From Priapulus caudatus (Eukaryota), in assembly GCF_000485595.1 (NCBI RefSeq), contig NW_014577070.1, forward strand, positions 175,657-239,656: 64,000 bases of DNA, in the 5' to 3' direction. Position 1 is the first letter of the stretch; each line of letters starts with the position of its first letter. A program made the position numbers and the translations under genes. A model generated the notes under the pieces. That model did no database searches. It saw only the letters and a list, made by a program, of their open reading frames with translations, and was not told the origin of the DNA. Shown here one piece after another: positions 12,786 through 25,900 of the stretch.

Positions 12786-13355
12786 TTCACGGCGATTAGT
12801 TGTTTACAGTTGATAGAACCCCGAGTGTTGTTCTTGTTATTAACTCTCGCTAGCCGCCGCCAGCAGTTGGCAGTACTTTGTGCAGTGACGTTCTTTGGTG
12901 CATCGCGTATCGTTGTTCTACCGAGAGAGGTTGATTTACCGCCCCTGGTGAGGGAGCGATTCCGTTATAGTTAACATTTTCCAGTTTGCTTGTAGGGCGC
13001 CATTAAATGACGATAATAAGGCACTAAATGGCCGCGAAGAGATCCCGCGCTGGCTTATGCTGTAATATCTAACCGCACCGCATCTTCTAGATTAGCGACT
13101 AGAGCATAATATAGATTACGTAGTTAAGTCGGATTGTTCGCCGATCGATAGAGGGCGTTGTCAGTCGGACGCCGGGCGGAGTTGCTGTGTTAATCTTCTC
13201 AACGTGGAGAGGTCTGTTTTAAATATGTATTGCCATCATCCGTCGAGCAGCGATTGTAGCTTCGGGCGCGCGCGTGATATTTGTCGTTACAAGTACCTAC
13301 TACTTTAAGCCTTGCCAGAGTCGTTCCGTTATGGGTATTAAGCTCGTAAGCGTGC

Positions 13356-13389
<34 letters not shown>

Positions 13390-15189
13390 ATGTGTGTGCG
13401 TTCGGCCGGGCTTCATCCGTTCGTTGCGTGGTGGCGATGTCATTTGCTGACCCCTACACGGCCTTCACCTTCCCACGGCTCTCCATCAATTTTGCAGCTT
13501 TACATCGGCTTAAAACTGAGAGACAGTTTGACATCCCATCTGCTGACATCTCATCTGATTCTCCACTAGCGAATCCGCCCCCGCCCAAGCTAGCGTGTTT
13601 TGGTATTTACTGATCTGCCGTTGGATTTCCTTTCGCTTAGTTTCGGTCCACTTGCGTCATGGTCCCATATTTTCAGTCAAGGATTTTTCCGTAGCAGGTG
13701 GAGTAAATCTGCGTTTTGCTATGCGTGTTGCGCCCGTGTGTGTGCATCTTGAAATTGGGTAATTACGGTTTGTCGAAAGAATGTCGAATAATGTTTAGCC
13801 TAGCGCACGCAAGAGTGCGGCAAACAGAAATTTCCACCAAAAGAATTTTGAAAAAGATTTTCCGTGTAAAATTCCAACAGTATAGGAATATATTAAACTA
13901 AAAGAAGTCGCCTATTACATTCTTACCTGCCATCTCCACGCTTTCCTTTACAGTAGGCACGGACGTGGCTAGTATCCAGTCCCCTCACTGATCGTACTTT
14001 CGGACTATATATATATATATATATATATATGGTACGGGCATAGGCCGCATAACGAGAGTGGTGAATCTAACCCAGGACAGGTCCGTGATCTTTATAAATT
14101 CACTCAAACCACTCTGATGGGCCTAGCTGATATCCTTCCATCTGTACACAGCGTTACTCCAATCACTATATGGCCAGATAATAGTCTGATGTTTGTATTC
14201 AAGTGAGTGGGCTGAAACTAACTGCACTAGAGCGCCGTGCATATTGGCGATCCGCCAATATAAATGTACACAAGGTGTTGCCTCTATACTCCTCATTTAA
14301 GGCCATCTTAGCATATATGCTTCTCTCCAAATAGTCCTGCCACAAGTAGCGTGGCTGTATCCAGTAAATGTAAACTAACGTTATTTAGCTAATGCTCAGT
14401 GAAGGCCGTGAGTCTAGGGAGTTGTCAACATGCACGACGAAGCATCTGACCAAGGATAGGCTAGCGTGTAGTTAGATGAACGAACATCTAACGAGCGTCC
14501 ATAAGCTGTGGTAGACAGGTGCTTCCCCTCGGAGATTGACAGGCAAGCCGTAAGACTATAAATTGTCGGGTTCTGTTGCCCTATAGGCCTGTACTCTGGT
14601 GACACTAGCGCTGGGTTCTTGCGCCGTGAAAAGATTTTATGGACCAATCGCGTAAATTATGGACTCGGGAACATTTCACGAAACGGTGCAAGCTACAGCA
14701 GCCGAGTTCTTATGTATATTTTGATTCATATCGTCACTGCTTCTTCTGTAGTGTCTTTCATAGCGTGAGTGCGGGGCAAGACACAAGAAAGGCTATATCG
14801 ACACTGTCTCTATTCCAGTGTTAACTAATAACGACCCTGCACGCGTATCTACATTATCGGTTTGCTCTGACGGCGAGGAGCTTGCAAGCTCACATTGAGT
14901 ATCCTTTGCCAATTTACTGTCATTAAATTAATAAATAATATTACATATTGTGTTCGACGGGAGAATTACGTTTTTCCATGTATGCACACCTATTGGCAGC
15001 CCTGCCTAGTTAGTGCCAGGTCGTTGTGTTCGGATCGGCCGCAAAGGTTTATGCGCACACTAGTGCCATCTACTGTTAACTAAAGTACTAGCTACAATAG
15101 TGTACTAAGACTGCTGTCGATGGCTGGTTTATGCAGAAGAGCGTAAATCTCTAGACGGATGTATTGATGTGCAAACACATGCGCGCACG

Positions 15190-15270
<81 letters not shown>

Positions 15271-15311
15271 CACACACACACACACACACAACAACAACAA
15301 CNNNNNNNNNN

Positions 15312-15342
<31 letters not shown>

Positions 15343-15520
15343 TACACGCACGCACGCACGCACACACAAACACAAACACAAACACAAACAGCGCAATGAT
15401 TTTAGCGATGACTGATAATCGTTGGTAATGTTTTACTTGTTTGTGTGGGGCACTTGTTTTACTATATTGCGGTGTCAAACGTGTCAGATCTGTAATTTCT
15501 TTTAGAGAGGTGTGTTTACG

Positions 15521-16628
15521 CACAGGCACTTGGAGCGTTTTAATAAAATATAATGCTAAATAAATACGAAATCTATTTACTACCAAAGTCTTAATGTTTC
15601 TATACTCTCTTTCACCTATTATTGCCAACAATTTCCTGAAAATGTCCAAATGCTCATCTGCAATACACGCTGGCCGCCGCACGCTAGCTGCTGCACACTG
15701 ACACATAAATATATAGTGTATAATTATTATCTTATATATATAAAGTTGTTCAGCCGAATTAGTTCGTACTCGCATAACTAGAAAACTCCGCAGCCTAGAG
15801 GAAAACTAAAGATATTTTCAGAAGCAGCACGTCTGGGAGGTGGTTCTAGCTGAAGCAAAAATTTTAAAAGTTAAAAATGCTATTGATCAATATAGATGGC
15901 GGTGCGTACAGATTAACATCACGTACGTGTAAATCCATGGGTATACCCTTAACGGTGCAGTGGCCTAATCGCTAGAACATCCAACTCCTACACCGGATTT
16001 CCGGGTTCGAGTTCCAGCTGGGGAACTTATTTTCCCATTTTTCCCTTCTTTTCCTTTACCTACCTCTTTAGTATGTATTATTTTAAATTTTTTACTTTTT
16101 GCTTTTTATTTTTTATATTTAATAATCTATCTTTTATCTTTTGATTTCTTATTATATTTTACTGTTTGGGATGGGATGGCATGCGATGGAATGGGATTGG
16201 ATGGCATGGATGGCATGGGATGCGATGGGATGCGGTGCGATGGCATGGCATGGCATGAGATGTGATGAGATTGGATGGGATATGCGATGGGATGGGATAT
16301 GGGATGGCATGGATGGATGGATGCATGGATAGATAGATAGTTCGATTTTTTTGGGTATTTTCCTTTCAACCAAGCGGTCACCAACTGAGTAACGCCACTG
16401 ATTTCCCCGGGCAACGCCGGGTATACCGCTAATACTATATATTAAATTTTATGTATCAGTGTGCAGCGGCCGCCAGCGTTTGTTGCAGATGAGCATTTGG
16501 ACGGCATTTGCAGGACATTGTCGGCAATAATAGGCGAAAGAGAGTATAAAAACATTAAGACTTTGGTAGTAAATAGATTTCGTATTTATTTAGCGTTATA
16601 TTTTATTGAAACGGTCCAAGTGCCTGTG
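15521..16628. mobile_element. Foldback MITE with ~200-bp inverted arms and 8-bp TSD (P-superfamily-like CACAGG ends), interrupted by a Helitron
   Basis: Arm 15521-~15716 is the reverse complement of 16433-16628; the ORF track shows the same pseudo-peptide on opposite strands. tgtttacg flanks both ends (15513-15520, 16629-16636). Confidence 0.8.
15730..16432 (+). mobile_element. Non-autonomous Helitron
   Basis: 5' TCTTATATATATAAA; 3' hairpin CCCGGGCAACGCCGGG followed by a CTAA (CTRR) terminus; inserted between A (15729) and T (16433) with no TSD. Carries an internal (GATGG)n tract and a tRNA-like A/B-box segment. Confidence 0.8.
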
Positions 16629-19600
16629 TGTTTACGTTTAATGTAAATGCTGGTGGAACTGATTACTTATACTATGTAGCAGTAGCAGTATACGTTATGT
16701 GGCGTGTACGTACACGTCCACGTACTCTATACACCGCGCTATTTAAAACTCACAGCGTTTCCCGCTAGTAAATAGGATTATATGTAAATTAGACGGGAGA
16801 TGTAAGTTATTTCACTGAGTCTCTTTTCTGAAATTTCGACGCATCGCCGCACGAATGTTTCCCTCGTTGACATTTTGAATTAAATTTTTGTCTATTTTCG
16901 GTGAAAAATGTGTGTCGCCTAGATCCGAAATTCGTCAGGGGGAATTGGTCATATTCTACCTATTGTATTCTACCAGTGTATACGGAATATGAGTTGATTT
17001 TGCATTTTATTTGAATACTGTTTATTCAAAATAAATTACTGTAAGCTAACAAGGCTGGTCTTAATCGTTTTTAGATCAGATTTGATGTACTTAATCATTT
17101 ACACCCAGCAAGGCGTGTGCGTGCGTGCGTGCGTGCGTGTGTGCATGTGGCCTCTCTCCTCGTTCTCTCCCTCCCTTCTCCCTCTCTTTCTCTGTTTCTC
17201 CATTCCTGATGTATCAGAGAAATCGTACGATGGAACACCTCCACGATGGCTGACCGGCATTTCGTATCCTATTATATACATTTACAATTCAATTCGTGCC
17301 CAATATCAATTTATAGCAATTTGCATCCACAGTAGCAGCTTTCGACTAAAACATTTGCGTTCTGTCGCATCATACATGATTTACATTCGCTCCATTTCGT
17401 ACATAGCCCGTGCTTAACGGCGAATGATTCTGTAAAAGGGTGTAGTAATGTATGTTAAGCATATATAAGGTAAAACCCCACTATTGAGTCTCACAGGGCA
17501 ATGTCAGCGCATTTTACGCTATACACTCAGTCTGATTTGACATTTATTATTCACTTCAACACACTCGTTTTTTTACAAAGACATATTTATTTACAATATT
17601 TAGCACATGTATAGAATTGAACAACACTAAAACAACGTGCTACAGTAATCATGTTAAACTATGAGATCTTGCAAAAACTTTATTCATTCATTAACTAATT
17701 TCAAAATTAATTTCACATAACTATAAATTTACGGTTCACGGTAAATCTTCACATTAAAACCCTAGAAAACGTCCGCAGGTTGAACTGTGTACACGTGTTC
17801 TAAAACAATATAATATCATAGCATATTAATAACAACATGCATAAATATCTTGATAAATATTAAGCTCAACACAACATTATATAAGAACCGAGTGAGTTCA
17901 TAAAACTAGCCTTAGAAGATTCCGTGGTTGCAGTAACTTGACGGATTCATTCGTGGGCGGATAGATGGTAGGTCGGGGTGGATTGGATCGATGGTGATTG
18001 GAAGGGGATACTGCATGTGTAGTAGCGTCATGGAAACCAAGTACGAGATGGATGATTAACATAATCATATTATATAGCATGATTTTGAAAGGGTCAGTTA
18101 CTTCACCACAATCATGTAATCCTTGGAAGGCTATACTTAGCATTCACCGAGATGGAAGAAATCCACTATCACGATACTCATCTTCAGCAATCTAAAGCAA
18201 CACCTGAATAGCTTTCGCTGAATGCTGAATGTTCGCGTTTCATAGGGAGACTGAACAGAAAGGAAATGCACAACGCTGGTAGCCAGACTACCAAGAAGTA
18301 CCAAGCCATCTATTCAGATTGGACGCGTTGCATTTGGTAGAAGTGGGCATACATCCACTAATGGATTCCAACATGCGTATATTACCACGCGATCCTGGTC
18401 CCTGGTAAAGCTACACAAAAACGCGTTGGTTTGCGAAAGCATTTAACTGGCACGACAGTCACAGTTTTGCAAAGTGCTGCTGCGACTCACAGCATGTACT
18501 CTGGAGGCAGTTTTAGCGTAGCTCAACCATGTTATAGAACTCGTAACGAAGAATATAATTCTCTCGTTGAATGTACCGTTCGTTGGTGGTAGTTTGAACA
18601 GGAGTGCATGAATAGCATAAGTAAAATGAAATCTACTTCCAACGAAAGCCAGGTGAAGTTAAGTCTTATTAAGTTACCCGAAGCTAGATTTAGAAAAATA
18701 TATATTACAGATTAGTAAAATGTCAACCAGCATATTCGTTATCCGTGTTCAGATGCCGGAGCGCATTGCCTGGTTCAGAAATGTCAGCCGGACCAATTTG
18801 CATAAACGAGTCCGGTTTTGTCTCGGATGAACATGACTTGATTCTCGACTACAAGCCTAGATCATTCGCCAGGTTTCACCGGAGCAAATGCCAGCGGAGA
18901 TGGGGGTCAAGGGGGCCAGACCCGCTTGTTACGGTAAGTCTGATTTTTTCTATTATGTCGCAAAAACATATTCGAAATATAATAAAATAGTTCAAAATAG
19001 ATCATATATAGTCAAAATCTATCGAATTGTTACCGTAACTCACTAAAACAAAGAACTGGGGGCCGAGGGCGCACCTCCCGCACCTACGCTCTCTGCTTTG
19101 CATTCACTGGACCTCCTCGTTCCATTATTTCTGGACCCGCCCCAGCCCATTTTTAATCGATTCGCCGAATGCTCCGTCAGGACGGGGCAACTTGACCAGA
19201 AGTGCCCGAAAATGTCTATGAGTAATGGTTATGGATAATAGAAATGGCTAATGGCATCACAGCTGGTTGTGACTTGTCAGCTAACGGGACAGCTATCTCG
19301 ACTAGTGTACCGTACACGCGGCAAATTTTATCCTACATCAAACTAGCTAGGGTGTGACCGGAATTGTTTGACGTGGGATCAAATCCTGCAGCCTGTACAA
19401 GGCTAACAACAACACCCAGTCCGCAACTCTCAAAACAAGTGAGGTTGAGACACTGCTACGCGGCCTAATAATGGAGCCTTATATGAGAGCGTCAGTCCCC
19501 GAACTGTCCCCCTAGCGGTAGGCGCCAGCAACGCTCGTTATGTGCACACAGCACATGGCATGCACGGGCGACACAGCTGACACTAACGCTACGCGTTCTC

Positions 19601-19789
19601 GGTCACAGAAAGTCGCTGAAAAGTCACGTTGCGAGGATCTCTCACAACACCAACAACAACGACAATAACATCACCACCAACCACAACAATTAACACACTT
19701 ATAAGAGACAATCCAATGAGACACCGGCTATGCGCGCACCTGCCGCTAGCAACGCTGATCGTCAACTCGGTTACTCAGCAACCCGCAAG

Positions 19790-20999
19790 TAGTCAGGTCC
19801 ATTAGTGCAAAATATGGGCCGAATCGTTACAGGAGTGACAAAAGTCTCAAACTTTGCACAGTTGTAGCTTATGGCAGTACTAGAATTATTAGAGGGTGTG
19901 CTCAATGCAGATATTCCTTAGAAGTGAATTACAGATGATTAAATGTTTGAACCACCCGACTCCGAACCCCCCTACAGCGCCCACCTGTATACAATGCCAA
20001 TACATGTACAGCTGTACAATGCGCCAGTACACAGGGTGTTGCTATCCCCCGGGCGTGGAGGGACGGTCACGTGATACAGTTGACGTATACTTCAAAACTT
20101 AACAGTAACCATAACCCTAACTCCAACACTAACCTTAACACTAAATATCTATATATCGGATCTCTATATATAGGGGTGTCATCCACAAAAATTAATCTAT
20201 GGTGTGGGGACAGATATCATGATGCAAAAACCCTAACCCTAACCCTGACCCTAACCCTAACCCTGACCCTGACCCTAATCCTAACACTAGTGCTGCCACG
20301 TTTCGGGACAGTCCCTCCACGCCCGGGGGATAGCAACACCCCAGTACACACAGTACAGGCGGGCGCGGTAGGGGGGTTCGGAGTCGGGTGGTTCAAACGT
20401 TTAATCATCTGTAATTCACTTCCGCGCCCATATATTTGCTAATATATTGACTAATCGTGCGTCAATAAACTCAATATTCACAGAGAGTATAGCTAAGACA
20501 TGTGTCTATAGGTATCTAGAATTTTGGAAAAGTAACTCAAATCCTTCGCGAGATATTATTAGAGTTAGTACACTATCCTACGGGCCATAGCCGCGCGTAT
20601 ATAGCCTATGAGCGATACCGTGCGTATATTTTTGGTAATTAATTGAACTATTCGTGATTCAATAATAAAATTCACGGGGATTATAGCTAAGACATGTGTT
20701 TATATGTATCTAGATTTCTAGAAATGGAGCTCAATTCGTTTGCGAGATATGAGAGTTAATACACTTTCATGCCGCCAATAGCGCAATAGCGTATGCGCGC
20801 GAAGGGGGTAACAGCTGTATACAATGCGCCAGTACAGGTGGGCGCGGTTCAAACATTTAATCATCTGTAATTCACGTCTAAGGAATATCTACATTGGGCA
20901 CCCCCTCTAATATTTATAGTACTGCCATAGGCTACAACTGTGCCAAGTTTGATGCTTTTGTCAGCTCTGTAACGGTCATGAAGCTAAGGGACCTGACTA
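19790..20999. mobile_element. Non-autonomous DNA transposon with long imperfect TIRs, TAG...CTA ends and 3-bp TSD (Academ-like)
   Basis: tagtcaggtcc...ggacctgacta termini; inverted homology extends about 190 bp; aag on both sides (19787-19789, 21000-21002). Confidence 0.7.
20034..20341. mobile_element. MITE with 9-bp TSD (Mutator-like) containing a (TAACCC)n tract
   Basis: TIR gggtgttgctatcccccgggcgtggagggac / gtccctccacgcccgggggatagcaacaccc; TSD cagtacaca (20025-20033, 20342-20350). Confidence 0.85.
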
Positions 21000-21288
21000 A
21001 AGTGTTTACAATCACAATTGCATTGAATAACCGAGTTGACGATCAGCGCCGCACTGCGGATTAGTTCCGCCAGTACCCCATGGACACGGCATCTTGCACG
21101 GCAACCGTTATAATCTGCCTAGTACGCGCGTGCGTGTCTTTTTGCACAAGGGTCCGCCACGTCTTCAGCGACTAATAAATAGAATTATCTACACGACATC
21201 GGTCTAATGCAAAACATGGAAGAGTTATCACGTTGTACTTTGTGTGATTCGATCTCACACACATGGCTTGTACACGTGAGGCATACAC

Positions 21289-21319
<31 letters not shown>

Positions 21320-21932
21320 GTAAACTACGCCTACGCACGCGCACATACATGACGCATGCATGCACACACACACAAGCACGCACACACGCACATGCACACA
21401 CACACAGTCAACCCCGCACACAGCCTACTCGGCACCAGAGATATTTATATGGTATTTACAACGTAAGGTTGATGTGTACATGAATAAATAATATACATTA
21501 AAGGTGACGTATGCTGGGTGATACTATTCCGAAAATGGCACATTAACCATTTACGTAATTCGATCTAATTTCTACCAATCAGAGCATCTTCTTAAAGCAG
21601 CTATAATGCTGTTGCACTTGTTCAAGACTCGATCGTTCCTCGTTTTTCCCTACCATAGGTCGATTACAAACCCAACTACCACGTAAGTGGCAAATCATGC
21701 CAAGTTAGAAGTGCCACGGGATCACCCCAGCTTTAAGTTCGCCATTCACAATGGTTAGACACCAACACACGTCGTGTGCTAGCACGATTAGAGACACCAT
21801 ATTCATCCACAACCAGAGTCAGTTTTAGTAGTCAGCGTTATGATCTATGTGCATGACCGCATTAGCATGCTGGTGGCTAACCTAATTTTTATTGTGCCAC
21901 GATATCAGGCCTCACACTGCAGTCACCACACC

Positions 21933-22021
21933 GGTAGCTCTAGCACTATAGCCCTTGTTCGCCACAGCTGTACCTGCCAGCCATACCTGTGGCGAACAAG
22001 GGCTATAGTGCTAGAGCTACC
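21933..22021. repeat. Short perfect palindrome (35-bp stem), probably a tiny MITE
   Basis: ggtagctctagcactatagcccttgttcgccacag ... ctgtggcgaacaagggctatagtgctagagctacc. Confidence 0.7.
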
Positions 22022-22986
22022 ACACGGGTTGCTGATACACTGATCCTCACAACGCACTGACTTTGACCTCGACCGTTTGTTTCTACACAATGCCGTTCAA
22101 TGCCGGTTAACAAATGAAATTATAGACACGCGACTGATGTGACTAAACCACATGTACGAGTATGATGCTGCATCCATGTCATTGAATGCCACTTTACACC
22201 ACACTCGACAGTGCATTTCCTTGCATCAGGATTTCCAGCTAATGTGTAGACAGTGATTGGCCAATTACTGGAATTTTATTAGAAGCTCGTCACTGTGTAC
22301 TCAGTCACGCACTTTGGCTCATATGCTGAGCATTTAACCTGCAGGCTGGGACTGTTTCATATGAGGCCCTGAGGACCTCAACTTATCTCTCATGATGCTT
22401 CTACTCACAGACACACTCAAAGCAATGACATTTAATTTTTTTAAACTTGCAATTAGCCACATGTGGTAATGCATCATACCAGACGTTTGGCTCAAGTAGA
22501 CAGACACAACGTAAGGTGCTGTTAATACATGCATAAAGCACCTATCACGGTCTATGGAAGGAATTACAACATCTGCAAATTAACCTACATATAAATATAC
22601 TACCTTGTCTTAGGCACCTCACAGCTAGTTATGGACAGTTATCCCATATATAAGCTATGACAAAGATACAGAATTAAATAAGCCTTATGAACATATTTAA
22701 ACATGACCACAGTGATTACCATATATGTAGGGTTGACTGTACATGTATACATGCACACACGCACATACCCACATACACACATACACACCACACACATACA
22801 TACATACATACATACATACATACATACATACATACATACATACATACATACATACATCAAACAAACATACATTCATAGATATACATATACATATACATAC
22901 AAGCAAGCTGTACTTCAAAACGCACAGCTATATATTTAGTGGTGGAGCATAACCATGATCTTTGGATGATTTATTGCTGTCATCAT

Positions 22987-25900
22987 TCAAGCAAATTTCT
23001 TTTTGGTTGCTGTGTACCGCTCCATGTACTGCAATAAAAGCAACAAAAGACAAGATGTTAGCAAATATAACTAATCTACCATGGCTCTTAGTTTACCACC
23101 ATATATGCTATGCTAGGCTCACTAGTACAAGCTGATGCTTGCTTACCCAGCCTACCTCCTGGTCTGAACTATTGATAATTACCGAAGAAGTATGTACTTC
23201 TAGCCCTATTAAAAGTAAAACCCTTCACTGATCAATATCAACTATTTCAGACAGAGGAGAGGATGAAGCTGCATTAATAGCTGCATGTAAATTCTCTAAC
23301 ACCACGTCACGCAATCGCCGATTCATCTAAATAGCGTAAATCCCTCTACTACATCAATGCTTAGTCCATCAATGACAAGATAACTGCAGACAGTGAGTCA
23401 TCACCGTGGCAACTAAAGCATCTTTGTCTGAGCAATAGTGGTTGAAGCCTAAAGCCCGGCGCACACGCGAGTTATTTTACTCAAGTAAAATGACGCATGA
23501 GTCATATTACTCACGTGTGCAGCAAATTTTCGTTTAGTAATTGGACGCATGCGTCATTTTACTCACGTGTGCAGCAAATTTTCGTTTAGTAATTGGACGC
23601 ATGCGTCATTTTACTCACGTGTGCAGCGGATTTTCGTTGAGTAATTTGACTCATGCGTCATTTTACTTGAGTAAAATAACTCACATGTGCGCCAGGCTTT
23701 AGTGAAGCTTTGCAATGGATGAGCTAGCTGATATGGGAAGACAAGCAAACACTGAGGAGAGCTCAGAAATGTGTTTTACATGCAAGTGTGAATATTCGAC
23801 ACCATGAGGACATGTATTAATCTTGGTAATATCTAACACTCACACCTGGAAAGAGTAAACAAGGTTGCACATGCAGACACACTGCCGACTTGACCAGGGT
23901 TGGCTAGAGAAACAAGAAGCCTCTCCAGTATCATCATTGATGGGTAAACAGGTGAGAATTGACCGTAGGTACTAATGGTAGTGAATACCATCAACTTATT
24001 ACTTATCAACAGATTACCCACTTAACCTGCTCCCCTCATCGTAACCTCATCACCTCATCGTGACCTCATCGCCTCATCGTGACCTCATCACCTCATCGTG
24101 ACCTCATCGCCTCATCGTGACCTCATCACCTCACCTCGCAGTCGCAGCACTTCAGTCGCGGACACTCGGCCAGACGCGCAGACACCTTGCTGATCTGAAA
24201 ATGTGCGCACGCAGCAATGTTTAGCGGTGCGAAGTGACGGTGATAGCAGTAGGTAAGCAGCAATGATATTGTTAGCTGTAGGTGCGAAGCAATGATAGTG
24301 TCGGCTGTATGTAAGCACTAATGATATTGTTAGCTGTAGGCAAGCAGACAATGATATGTCGGCTGTAGGTAAGCACTAATGATATTGTTAGCTGTAGGCA
24401 AGCAGCAATGATAGTGTCGGCTGTAGGTAAGCACTAATGATATTGTTAGCTGTAGGCAAGCAGCAATGATAGTGTCGGCTGTAGGTAAGCACTAATGATA
24501 TTGTTAGCTGTAGGCAAGCAGCAATGATAGTGTCGGCTGTAGGTAAGCCACTAATGATATTGTTAGCTGTAGGCAAGCAGCAATGATAGTGTCGGCTGTA
24601 GGTAAGCACTAATGATATTGTTAGCTGTAGGCAAGCAGCAATGATAGTGTCGGCTGTAGGTAAGCACTAATGATATTGTTAGCTGTAGGCAAGCAGCAAT
24701 GATAGTGTCGGCTGTAGTAGAGCACTAATGATATTGTTAGCTGTAGGCAAGCAGCAATGATAGTGTCGGCTGTAGGTAAGCATAATGATATGTTTAGCTG
24801 TAGGCAAGCAGCAATGATAGTGTCGGCTGTAGTAAGCACTAATGATATTGTTAGCTGTAGGCAAGCAGCAATGATAGTGTCGGCTGTATGTAAGCACTAA
24901 TGATATGATAGCTGTAGGCAAGCAGCAATGATAGTGTCGGCTGTAGGTAAGCACTAATGATATTGTTAGCTGTAGGCAAGCAGCAATGATAGTGTCGGCT
25001 GTAGGTAAGCACTAATGATATTGTTAGCTGTAGGCAAGCAGCAATGATAGTGTCGGCTGTAGTAAGCACTAATGATATTGTTAGCTGTAGGCAAGAAGCA
25101 ATGATAGTGTCGGCTGTAGGTAAGCACTAACGATATTGTTAGCTGTAGGCAAGCAGCAATGATAGTGTCGGCTGTAAGTAAGCCACATGATATTGATAGC
25201 TGTAGGCAAGCAGCAATGATAGTGTCGGCTGTAGGTAAGCACTAATGATATTGTAGCTGTAGCAAGCAGCAATGATAGTGTCGGCTGTAAGTAAGCACTA
25301 ATGATATTGTTAGCTGTAGGCAAGCAGCAATGATAGTGTCGGCTGTAGGTAAGCACTAATGATATTGTTAGCTGTAGGCAAGCAGCAATGATAGTGTCGG
25401 CTGTAGGTAAGCCTAATAATATTGATAGCTGTAGGCAAGCAGCAATGATAGTGTCGGCTGTAGGTAAGCACTAATGATATTGATAGCTGTAGGCAAGCAG
25501 CAATGATAGTGTCGGCTGTAGGTAAGCACTAATGATATTGTTAGCTGTAGGCAGGCAGCAAGGATAGTGTCGGCTGTAAGTAAGCACTAATGATATTGTT
25601 AGCTGTAGGCAAGCAGCAATGATAGTGTCGGCTGTGAAGTAAGCACTAATGATATTGATAGCTGTAGGCAAGCAGCAATGATAGTGTCGGCTGTAGGTAA
25701 GCACTAATGATATTGTTAGCTGTAGGCAAGCAGCAATGATAGTGTCGGCTGTAGGTAAGCACTAATAATATTGATAGCTGTAGGCAAGCAGCAATGATAG
25801 TGTCGGCTGTAGGTAAGCACTAATGATATTGTTAGCTGTAGGCAAGCAGCAATGATAGTGTCGGCTGTAGGTAAGCACTAATGATATTGTTAGCTGTAGG

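Noticed and set aside
15092..15775. 227-aa ORF, and the similar ORF 16461-16646, as paralogous genes
   Set aside because: They are the two arms of a foldback MITE plus CA microsatellite and Ns.
15950..16030. Functional tRNA gene
   Set aside because: A/B boxes are present but no convincing acceptor or anticodon stems; it lies inside a Helitron.
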